Assembly: GCA_002189035.1 (NCBI GenBank)
Contig: CM007990.1
Span: forward strand, 3,162,001-3,226,000
DNA length: 64,000 nt
From: Utricularia gibba
Taxonomy: Eukaryota; Plantae; Magnoliophyta
Direction: 5' to 3'
A model generated the notes under the pieces. It had not been told where the DNA came from. It did not search any database and worked only from the letters and a program-made list of their open reading frames with translations. Both the position numbers and the translations under genes were made by a program. Shown here piece after piece: positions 49,026 to 60,700 of the stretch. The number at the start of each line of letters is the position of its first letter. Position 1 is the stretch's first letter.

Positions 49026-51282
49026 CATGGATGCTGCTGCTGCTTTTGCGCTCTAGCAGCAGCACTTTGATACAATAGTAGTCGATTTGTATCCAAGTGA
49101 AAAGAGTTGGTGCCAAATTTAGCACATTATGAAATCCTGGTCTGGCGCTCACACGTGGGGTATTAGTGGAAAGCAATGGACATTCACCACTGTCTCTTAT
49201 ATACAAAAACAATTATTTTTTCTAAAACTAAAATTTCTTATAACATGGCCTACTCCCGTCATACACAAAAAACTCACAGCTAATTTCTTATAAAATTCAC
49301 CAGATTTGAGAAAAAGGTTTTGATCTTCTTTCAAATCTGTTGTTCAGCTGATATGGGATTTAACTAGCAAACGTTTTTGTAGTATCTGAGACTTCCATAT
49401 CATCCCAACACAAGTTTATCAGATTTATTTACTGGATTTTGTCATCGAAACAAAACATTTATTTTCTCCTTCATGTGTGATGTATTTAGAGTGTGTTTTA
49501 GAAAAATATTCACTGTACGTTTCTCTTTCACACACCACCACTAATTTTTTTTTATATATAAGATGGGTATTTTTTTCACATATTAAATTTACAATGGGTA
49601 TTTTTAAAAAAAACCATGTATTTTAGATATGAGTTATGATATTATTCGTACCATTTTATGCAACCAAAGTTCTTATATTATTAGCAACAATACAATGTTC
49701 TACATTGGGGTTATTGTGGAGGGAAATAAATAAATATGATTGATTATATCATTGATAAATTACTTTATTAATTCGATATCACTAAAAATCTTGGTTGTGT
49801 GATATGTAAATAGCGTATTATGAAGCATACGAAAAGATGCCACAAATTGATACTAAATACAAAATTGTACGCAGGATCAGGAGTTGGCTTAGCTATTACT
49901 GCTAATCATCAGGTCAATTCAGGCTCGCTACCTTTAAAAGGGAAGGGTCCAATTTTTCTACACTCCTATGTTTCCTGTGTCGGCTCTTCAGATTTATTAC
50001 ATTTAGTCGTCATGTGGATAATTAATTACATCAGATGTCGACGAAAAATTATGTGACTTGTACCGTAGTCTAACACACTTGTCATGAATTTTGGGAAACA
50101 CAATTTCCAAAAACCAGTTCTTGTTAATATAAAAAAATGTTCATGTTATTAATAAAATCATTTGTGCAGGAATCATTCATTAATTGCTGCATCAGGTCCT
50201 TTTTCACAATCCTATCTCTTCGTTAGAAATGCAAGCATTTGCGCGTTACGTAATAAACTTTCCCATCTTGTGAGGTGAGGATGGTACGGAGGTTGGGATT
50301 CTTGTCATAGATTACTTTTATTTTATATATTAAGATCAAATTTTTATATATAAGATAATTATTTTTATTACACATTTAAAATACAATTTTATGATACAAA
50401 ATTGTATATAAAATCGAAGGAGACAATGGGTGGGCCCTGGGGATAGGCTTGGAGGTTGTCAATACAAGCTCGCCACACTACATTTATTGCCTATGTATCA
50501 CCGCATCCCCCACACAATTTTCCTTCTTAATGGTGCCACAGACGATCCGGGGTAAAATGGGTATTTAACAAAATACAGCTTTCAGGTAGGCCCCGCAAGT
50601 TTTGTAGAAGAAGGGACGACGCAGTGAATGCGCTGCGCTGCGCGTGAGGACAGGAGATTTTAATTGGTGCGTCCTGAAATCAGGTCAGCTCTCACCTATT
50701 CCGGAAGCGCCATTTAGTACGCATGGCCCGGGTCTTCCAGGATTTCCCGACGAGCCTCAAAATGATTCATTCATCGCCATGCCCATGCCACACCCGCTAT
50801 TGCAAAAAAATATATAAATTTATTCCTTAAAAAATATTAGAAAAATCATTTTAATCTTAAAGTAATAAATCCAATTTTATTTGTAGTGAAAATATTTCAC
50901 GGTGGTAGTTTTGTTTAGTACCCCAATGAATACTTAATATATGATCAACTATCAGTTTTAATCAAAAACTTTACAAATGAACTATATTTACTATCTTTCA
51001 AACAATAAGATATGAATTTCGAATATTTATGTAGTTTTTATCTATTATCTTGTAATATCAAGTTTAGATACACACATTTCTTAAAATAGGTTTATGATAT
51101 AAACGTTTCATTTCTTTATTTAATTCAATACAAATGTTTCAAAATATATTATTTTGTATATTATATTATTTTTCAAACACCAATATTTTTTAAAAAACAT
51201 TGATTATGTACATACATTGTTTAAAAAAGTTAAAAAACAATACAAACATTTTTTATGCATACTTTTTCATAGATAGATTTAT

Positions 51283-51796
51283 TGTAAACTATGATTTTGG
51301 ATATGTTGGACTGGGCCGATTTTCAGGTGGAATCAGAGATATCGTTTCTTTCCATCGTCTGTTCGGATTGACCGGATGAAGTGAAAATGGGCGGGGATTT
51401 TTTTACGTGGAAAGCACCGTGAGGCGGAAAAACCACGGAGCTATCGGAGATCGTCGGAGAAAGTTTTTTCTCGACCGAGATATTTGAGAAAGGTACAAGT
51501 TGGGAGGCTTAAGGTCAAACCCTTTCTCCGTAATGATTTCTTCTATTTATAGAAGAGCTCAATCTGACCTGACGTCTGTAGATATCAGTTTCTTTCTGCA
51601 CCTACTATGCGATCTTGCTTTTCAGATATCGACCGCCTGTTATGCCGTAATTTGACCACTTTTCAGACTGTGTCATACGGCCATAGCTGTCAGATTTCTG
51701 ATAGATATCGGTCTGTTGACTGGCATTATCCCCTCAAAGTCTCTTTGGCAGCTTTTTTAGAAGCCGATTGCCCCCGACTGATTTATCTCCCATCAT
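51283..51796 (-). repeat. 3' LTR of the Tat element; clear homology starts at 51302
   Basis: Collinear with 62509-63010; minus-strand start TGATGGGGAGATAAAT directly after the PPT. Confidence 0.88.
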
Positions 51797-52016
51797 TCAG
51801 CCCCTCTGATTTGCCGATATTGGCCCCTTCGAGGTAATTCGGGGAATCGGAATTACTACACTACCGATTTCTGAAGTGCCGCTTTCCACGGATGAGCCAC
51901 AAACCGCTTTGGACCGATACCTCTTCCACGCATCGGCTCATAAACACGCCACGTTTTTTCTCACCCGTTCTGGGCATCTCAAATGTCGCGATGCTTTGTC
52001 TCCCGAATCCTTCCCA

Positions 52017-52024
52017 TATAAATA
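52017..52024 (+). promoter_or_regulatory. TATAAATA, candidate internal antisense promoter in the Tat 3' region
   Basis: Perfect TATA box on the plus strand, followed by a pyrimidine-rich leader and oriented toward the antisense ORF. Confidence 0.45.
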
Positions 52025-52263
52025 AGCGCTCTGTGCATCAGTTCTTTCCTTTGCTCTTTCTGTTACCTGTAAGATTTATGCGTTCTTTGTGCTCCGTCGC
52101 ACTTGTCCGCCGCTCGACCGTCGTGATACCCGTCGGAAACCGCCAGTTCCTCAAGTACCAGTCAGTTTTTTGTCTTTTCAGTTCGGTCTTTTGGGATTTT
52201 TGACGGGCCCCCTTTATCTTTCTGAGTCCTTCACCCTTTATGACTTCCGCCTCGCTCTAGGGT

Positions 52264-53591
52264 TGTTAGTGTTGAGATTCTTCAAGCACTCATGATCAAG
52301 TTAAAAACTCCCTAGCTAGAGTATTTGTGAAATGAGGATATCACAAATACGGATAAGCTGGCACACATTGAGTTCCCTAAATTGTTTAGGCAATGGTTCT
52401 CACAATTGATGTAATGAGATTACTAGAACCTATGTATGAGTGTCGATTAGAGAATCGATTCACTGGATGACTCATATTCGAGATGCTACTATGGGAAGCT
52501 AACCAAGTGTTAGTAGCAAGATCTCGAATATGACAGCCGTGCAATTAAGCTTAGACTTGAGGTCAACAAAGTTATCTTGATCTTAAGCTCACATTTTCAC
52601 TCATTACTAATGAGAGCCTAACCATGGCTTGCCTAGTATGGATGAGTAGGTATGTGACTCCTTAAGGTTGGAGATAGTTGATTGATCAATAAAGGATTCA
52701 TCATTCATGTTAGCGATGAGATCATATCTCAAGTAATTGCATTAAAGCCTAACAGTAAGTCCTGGGCCTAGGGTAATGGCACTCGAATTGTTTGAGTAGG
52801 TCATTGAGTGTTAGTGCTTGAATGCAATTATAACTTCGATACATCAGAAAGATACACACCCATGTTCTAGTATCGAATGAGATATAAGTATGATGAAAGC
52901 TGTTCATTGCATGGAAAGGCTCAATCAGTTCACCTGATTATTCTTACATCTTGGGGATCATGATATGTTGCTAGACATCACTCATGATCGATAATGATGG
53001 ATTTGATTAATTAAGAGTTAATTAATAAATCCATTATTACGGCCTTGATTGAAGAAGCCTATAGGGTCACACACAATAGTGGAGTCACTCAACGATATAA
53101 AATAGAATGACACTCAGAATTAAATTAAATTGAGAGTTATTTTGAAATTAATATTGATTAAACTCAAAATAAAAGATCATATATAGATAAGATTTGGAAC
53201 ATATACATATCTCCACAAGATAAGATCTTTACGGAGATATGATTTGATATGTTACCATATATCTATCAAAAGATTTAGATCTTGAGAGCTGCTCCAAGAG
53301 TCTTCGTGCTCTCAGAGACTAATCCACAAGGGGGCGTTTTTCTCTACTAGCACCTGAGGAATTCGACCAGCATTCAAGAGCCTTGAGAAGGTCATCGATG
53401 GAGTGCTCCACGTGTGGATACCATAGAGGCCGTCTCCTATTGGCGGTTGATGAACAACGGAGTCATCTGAAAGGTATTTCAGCATCCCTTAGTCTGATGC
53501 ATACCGTATTCCAAGATCTGCATTGGGGGTTTCTCAAAATTTTAAAATTCCGCTGCTTTTGAGACATACGATGTCTACGAGAAACCCAACA
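52264..53591 (+). mobile_element. Solo LTR, Copia Angela-like (1328 bp)
   Basis: TGTTAG...AAACCCAACA; perfect TSD AGGGT (52259-52263, 53592-53596); TTTTAAAATTCCGCTGC near the 3' end recalls Angela LTRs, so the lineage call is less sure than the boundaries. Confidence 0.85.
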
Positions 53592-53622
53592 AGGGTTTGG
53601 GGCCTCTTTCGATTTTTCGAAA

Positions 53623-55357
53623 ATGGGTAGGAGATCTAGTGAATTGAACATCCCTTCCCTTCGCATTCGGTACTCGATCCCTGATGAGTACCAACTTTCT
53701 CATGCTCGGGACACCGAAATCCCTTGGGGGTAGGTGAGAACCCCCTGCATTCATTCAGTCTCCCAATTCCGCTTGCCTATTTTGAAAGCGATTTACACTT
53801 TAATAATCCACTTTCTCTACACTTTTGCGATTCCGCTTTACTATCTCGCCTCGAATTCCATATTCTACTTTACTACCTTTCTCTTCTACTCGGCCGGTAT
53901 GGATCCAGCTATGACTCTTGTAAATTTTCTTCATCTCTTCAAGATAGCTATTCGTAAGCGAAGTCCCCAATGGATGGCGATCTCATTTTCACTTCCGCCA
54001 ATTCGAAGATAACCCCAATTTTATTTTTAAAGCCCCCAATACCCACCACGATTGGTGGTCTTCTTTTGTTTGGGTAGCACCACCTTCGGGTTTTCGGTGG
54101 AACTTCCCAGTTGATCCCCCAACTCCTTTCAGAGTAAAACTCTTCGGCGCGTATCGTTCTTCTCCTGAATCTTGGGAAGTTCTTTACGAGAGGCTTAGCC
54201 GAGGCTGAATCCGATACGAGTCTCATGCCTTGATGTTCTCGGGTGAATCGCTAAAGAGATCGGGTATTATCGGTCGTTCTCGAGATCCTTACCGGCCCGA
54301 TATTGTTCCTTTCGACGGTGCCGATTTGCAAAATCCTCCTCCTAGCCCTTCTCCAATCCTTCCTCTCATTTCGACTTCGTCCCCGATTCCTCCAACCGCT
54401 CAAACCGGGGCCCCAAGAAAAAGAAGAGGGTTAAGGCACTAGCGCATAAACCCTCTAAAAGGCAAAGAGGGATTCTGCCCCCGTAGAAGTAAGGGATGAT
54501 CTGGTGCTTCCTCCACCTTCAGTTCCAGCCAAACTAAGAAAAATCCTGAAGGAAACCATGCCGAGTACCTTGGATTTTCGGCCGGATATTGTACTTGAAG
54601 GGATTTGGCACGTACTCGTCCCGTTTCCCCTCTAAACTCTATGCAGTCGGCCCTTGACTTGGCAATTTTCCTTCAGGCTTTAACTTTTGGGTGGGGGATG
54701 GCTAGAGAGATTGATTCGCAATCGGAGACAGTTTCTTGGCTTCAAGCCTAGGTGAAGTTGTTGGAGGAGGAGGGGAGTTCGCTTAAAACGGTTCTAGGGA
54801 AACGCACCCACCAGGAGGAAGAATTGCGGAATGTGGTCGAAGAAATGGGAAAGGTAGTTGATGATGCTAAGTCGAAGAGGGAAGGCTTCAAAGTCCGGTT
54901 TGAGGAGGCAGAAGCGGAGATAGAGCGTGCCAGGGGTCGCATTTCGGCACTAGAGGCCGAGTTGCTTGATCAACAAGCGTCTCGGCAGGGTCTTCTGGAA
55001 AAGTTTGTTAACTCAGCCTGTTTTGCCGAACTCTCCGATATCTATGCAAGGGATCTAATCGGCCTACTTCTATACCATCAGAGGCGATAGTTCAGCCAGG
55101 AGTTCGGGCTTTCAATCATGGATCCGCGCTTCAACAGGATAAATCCCTTGACGAAGGATGAGAATATGCTGGACGTTATTGTGGATACTTTCCAAGCCCC
55201 GGAGTTCAGGTTCGAAGCGGATCGGGAGTGCCTTATTGCACTTGTTCGGGCTAGGATTGGGCGAGAGAACGAAGCTAAGCTGAGGGCAAGGATGGAAAGA
55301 CATATTGGCTCCTCTTCCGATCCTCCCGCTAATCTCCCATCTCCTCCTGCACTCTAG
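53623..55357 (+). pseudogene. Antisense extra ORF of the Tat/Retand element (Transposase_28/PMD-like N-terminus plus coiled coil), frameshifted
   Basis: ATG GGT AGG.. LRIRYSIPDEY; FRLPI..I..L..F.IPL..LASNSI..F..F..G..P...F.HLF; Pro-rich KKRR segment; coiled coil LLEEEGSSLK..FEEAEAEIERARGRISALEAEL (54752-55090). Confidence 0.75.
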
Positions 55358-55999
55358 TTATTTTCCTTGACTTGGTGTTTTTTCCCCCTGCTGTGGGGCT
55401 TTTTGGACATTTTGGCATCCCGGTTCAGGATTTCCTTCTAGTTTGTTCAGTGTTTGCGTATCACCTACGCCTTTATTGATCTCCCCGTTTGGTATGTTGC
55501 GTGATTTACTAGTCTCCTAGCGGGATTTTTCTGCATACGTATCTGCTAAGGGTATGACTCGGATCCCCTCACGAACTGAATCATCTCTCCAACTCGGGTG
55601 GATCTTCCGTGTCTTTCAGGGTATAGCCAAATTTATTCTGAGTGTGTTTGCCGCTTCAGGGTCTAGCGGCGAGGACCTCATTTTGGGGGTTTTCCGGAGC
55701 TTACGTAGATGGTTTAGGAAAGCGATGCTCGAATCGTACCGGGGCTTAACTTAGTTACTAGAGCCTAGGTTTAGAGGATGCCACATTTCGGGGGAAGCCC
55801 CGAGTTGGTTTGTCGTGCTCACAACGATTTAGCTTTAGAAGGTTCGCCTAGCCTTTTGTGGCCCGAGAGGTAGGTGTCTTTTTGCCTACCCTTCGGTTGG
55901 GCTTTTTGGTTTTGATTTGCCTTAGTATTTCCTTATGCGAGCTGAACCGTTGCTAGGGAAGTAGACCAAAACCCCTCATGGGTTGAGTGACTTCCCCTA

Positions 56000-57302
56000 G
56001 GTTAAGTGCCATTTTCTAGTTAATTATTAGGTATTATCATGTGTTAATTATGTATGAAGTCGCCCAAATTAGGAATCTTATTATTAAGTATTTTATTTTT
56101 ACTAGAAAATTCCTATTTTCCCATTTGGTGTATATTTTATGCCTTTTTTCTCACACTTTGACCGAGACATGTCAGGAGACTGTCATGGAGTGTTGCAGGA
56201 GTATTGCAGGTGGTCAGAGTATGGCTTTTCGTGCCTTGTATGCGAGTTGGAATGATTGTGGGCGAAAGACTGACACTGGTCAAGGCTCCTAACTTACGGC
56301 ATGTTAGAGTCTGCAGCAATGATTGAGCGCAAACTTGCACGCAAAGAAAAGGTGCTGGCGCACGCAAGACAGAAGGAATGATGGGAAAGGGACCCAAAGT
56401 AGTTAATGCATGTGGGAAGTAATATAAAAGCCACTTGGAGCACTTAGTTTCGAACTTTTGAACATTTTCTCTCGTACTTAGAACTTTTAGGTTCTTCCTC
56501 CTTGAAGAGGAGGAAGCTTTTATTTTCCATTTCTATTTTCATGGCCCTTTCGGGCTAAAACCCTTGAGTTTCTGGAAAGTAGATGAAGTTTCCTTCTAAG
56601 TCCTGAGCAATACACTCGGTTCTTCACTGAATTGATTTCGGATTCTGCATACTTCCACGCATCTTGTTGCAGTCTTTCTGTAACGACTTATTGTTAAGTT
56701 CCATGAGTAGCAGGCCACTCCTCGCGGATTTTGGTGAAGATCAAGATGAAGAGCACCAACTCTAACCCTGCCGGTTCGAGAGAAGTAGCAGATTGTTTAT
56801 GGACTAGGTACCGCGACAGTGGACAGGTTGTGACCTCGGACCTGCCACTGGCCATTGGTAACAGCTAGGCACACGCACGCAATTCGGTTTTGAAGACAAT
56901 CGAAGGCAATTCTCTTGTCTTCCTAATCGTCCAAGGGGAATCACATGAGGCTATTCCTGTGCCTCCTTGTCAATAAGACTGTAAGAGAGAGTAGGCTATT
57001 CCATGCTTCTATAACCAGCTATTCAGAAGAAATCAGTGAAAACCGAGGCAAGGATGGATAAAGGAAGGAGATGGAATCTTATTCTGAGGAACTGCGTACC
57101 GTAGTCAAGGCCCATCACTTAGGTTGTAACTTTTCTTTCTGCATTCTACAAACCCCCTTTTACAAAACCGTGACATTTTGTAGAAGTTCTATACAAAACA
57201 CTTTCCACGAAAAAAAACTCCCTAAGATTGATACTCGTACTACGATTTCCAGTGTTTTACGTTTTAATTATTTAAAATTTTTTGATGAAACAACACGCAA
57301 CA
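56000..57302 (+). mobile_element. Solo LTR family 'B', copy 3 (1303 bp)
   Basis: (G)GTTAAGTGCCATTTTCTAG...AACACGCAACA; flanks CCCTA / CCCCA (one mismatch); highly similar to 20468-21700. Confidence 0.88.
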
Positions 57303-57519
57303 CCCCATCCAAATGGGCCCTCTTCTGGCCAAAATCCCATTGCTTTGAACATAGGTGGATCTGCTTTTTCAGGGCTTTCGCATACGTTGGCCGGAACCGG
57401 AGCCCGAATTACGCTGGGGCTTATTCCTATCATTGGGGCCTAGACTTTGGAGATCACATATTTCAGGGAGAGCCTCGAGCGGATTTGCTGTCCCAAGTAG
57501 GGGGTGTAAACTTAATAGA

Positions 57520-57610
57520 TTTGTCTGGGCTTATGTAACTTGGCCAGGGCTTACGATTTAGATTTCGAGGGTCTGCCTGGGCTTAGGTGACTTGGCCAGG
57601 GCTTATGGTC
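57520..57610 (+). repeat. Short imperfect tandem repeat (about 50-bp unit containing CTGGGCTTA..ACTTGGCCAGGGCTTA) in the Tat post-integrase region
   Basis: GTAACTTGGCCAGGGCTTA and GTGACTTGGCCAGGGCTTA are both present. Confidence 0.7.
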
Positions 57611-57717
57611 TTGTTTACTCATCTCCACTTCGGAGGAATTTATAGCCGCTCGGGTGTTTTGATGAAGAAAATACCGAATCCTGCGTAAACCTGTGATAAA
57701 GACTGATATTGAGTCAG

Positions 57718-60700
57718 TTAGGCGTTGAATTTCCTTAGGTGTGATGCATTCCAAGACCTTGGGAATTCCACGCCATCTAACATTTCTTGATGGTAAGCTC
57801 CTTTTCCGATCACCTTGGAAATCCAATAAGAGCCTTCCCAATTACGGTCTAATTTCCCAACACGTCTCTGTGGTTGGATGCTTCGGAACACCAAATCTCC
57901 CTCGGAGAATTCCCTTAGGGATATTGATAACACATATTTTTAAGTGATTGAGTGCATGGAAAAGATTCATATTGTGTTACAAAAATTTAGTTTACTACCT
58001 AGTTTTATATTTTTGCGCATAAGTACCGCAATTGTGTTATTTTAGTCTTAGTTGGGACTAAATCTACGATTTAGTCTCAACCTTCTAATAGTTTTACTCG
58101 AGCAATGCAGTGCAGGTCGCAACACGAATCCCAAGGAGCTGAATATGCACAGTGTAGTGGCAGAAGATGAGTCCAAATGTCTAAAAAGTGGTACACACAA
58201 AATCCAAGGAGGAAAAAGGGAGATTTCGGACAAAAAGGGAGGAAAGATTAGAGATAAGGCAGATCTCCCCTTGGAGACTCACAAACACATATTTGGGGAG
58301 AAGGTTTTCTGGGGAGGAAGAAGAAGGAAGATAAACAGGAACGAAGCTAAAGTTCAAGATTATTTTCTGTCTTCGAAGAATATTACTCCTAGCTAAGAGT
58401 AGCTAGTGACGTTTTTCAGTTTTTGTTGACTGTGAAATGACCCTAAACCATAGCACCTCATCCAGGCGATCTGCCCATGACCCTCCGAAATCCTCAACCT
58501 TATTCTTAATACCTAATCTGAGCATTCGATTTGTTACCTCCGTTAGATGATTGCTCTAGGGGTGATACACCGAAGTGAAGTTGTGCTTGACCGAATATTT
58601 ATCTAAGAATGCATCCATTCTTCCTCCAGCAAATTGGGTTCCGTTATCGGTCACTAGTTCTTGAGGAATCTCGAACCAGATGAAGATATTTCGTCATAGA
58701 AACCGAATAACGGTCTCCTTTGATATTTTTTCCATGGCTTCAGCCTCTACCCATTTGGAAAAATATTCGACCCCCACGATGACAAATTTCCATTGGCCTG
58801 AGGTTTGGGGGAACGGCCCCATAATATCCACTCCCCACCGATCAAACGGGCATGAGAATGGAAGAGAGGTCAGGTCATTTACCGGTTTTCTTGGTATACT
58901 TGCATGGTATTGGCGTACTTTGCACTTCTTTACCATCTCGGTAATATCTCGCTTCATAGTTGGCCAGTAATACCCGGTTCTCAAAGCTTTCCTACATGCC
59001 GGTTCTCAGTATGCCGACGTGGCTGCCGCACTCCCCTTCATGCAGATCGGTTATAAGTTCTTGAGAGTGCTTTGGTAAAGAATTGCGTTTATTAGTGTAT
59101 ATCTCCTTGCTTTAATCTCCAGCTGTCGGGCTTCCGATTTACCGGGTGGCTTTTCTCCGTTTTGCAGGTATCGGATGTAGGGCGATATCCAATCTTCAAG
59201 GAGGCTCAGCTATGGAGAGATGTCGTTTCCTAATCGCTGGGTAATATGGTTCCCCGCCCGCAAAGTTACCGAAGGCTGATCTCGCAATCGGATCGTCACA
59301 CTCCCTTCTTTTAATCCTGAAAAACCTGCTGCAAATCGGGCGGGGCTGTCCGCGGATCCATTTTTCTCGCGTATGACATGTGACAAAGTGTACTCCTTGA
59401 CGGTCTTCGGGGTTGCATTTCGCATATTGCCTTGATCTTCTCGGGGTCTGCTTCGATTTCTCTCTCCGATATATAATGACCAAGGAATTTTCCACTCCGT
59501 ACCCCAAAGCAACATTTCAGCGGATTGAGTTTTAACTCGTACGACTGACATAAGGAGAAACAAGATTCCAAATACGCTAAATGGTCTTCTTCATTTATGG
59601 ATTTCACAATCATATCGTCCACATACACCTCTATGGAGATATCGATTTCAGAAGAGAATATTTTATTCACCAACCTCTGGTAAGTTGCCCCGGTATTTTT
59701 CAAATCAATGGGCATCGCCACATAGCAGTAAACCCCGTCCTTGGTGTAGAAGGTGGTTTTCGGTTGGTCCTTCTCAGCAACGAAGATTTGATGATATCCC
59801 GAATAGGCATCCATGCTGCTAAGGAATTGGGATCCGGCAATGGCATCCACCAGCTTATCAATCTTTGACAAGGGTAAGGATACCTTTCACAGCAGGCGTT
59901 GAGGTCGGTGAAATCAATGCACATTCTCCATTTTCCCTCGGCCTTTGGGACGACAACTGGGTTGGCTACCCACTCGGAGTACTGGATCTCCTTCACGTAA
60001 CCAGCTTTCAAGAGCTCTCTTGTTTTTTCTTTGATAATTCGGCACTTTTCCTCGGAGAAATGCCGTTGCTTCTGCCGAATCGGTTTGCCCTCGAGTAGGT
60101 ATTAATGTGATGCTTGGCTACGGATCGATCAATACCTATAAAGTCTGTAGCAGTACAGGCAAAAATATCGGTTTTCTTCATCAAAAGTTCAGCTAACCTT
60201 TTCTCAAATCCGGTGTCTAGATTGGCACCAATACGGGTCGCATTCTGCGCGTCTCCTGGAATTAGTTGCACCGACTTGTACCCCACCGGTTCCATTGCTT
60301 GTCTGGGAGGTTTCTTGGGTTCCTTTTCCACCATCATTACCCTCGGCTTCTTCGCACAGGGGTCCCGGCAGGAAGATATATAACAAGATCTGGCGGCTTT
60401 GGTCGATATCCAGCGTTCAAAACCCCTCGGTGTTGGAAATTTGACTTTCAAATGCACAGTGGAGGGCAACATACTGAATTGATTGATGCAGGGTCGGGCG
60501 AGGATGATGTTATATGAGACCTCCGAATCCAGGACCATAAACTCCAGTCTTTCAGTTCGATTTCATCCCGATGTGCCGAATGTCACGGGTAAGATTATCT
60601 TCCCGACTGTCTGTATGACCCGTTGATTGAATGCGTCTAACTCCATGTGCATGGGACGGATGTCCCCCTCTCTGGAAAACGCCAGGGACTTGGCGACTTC

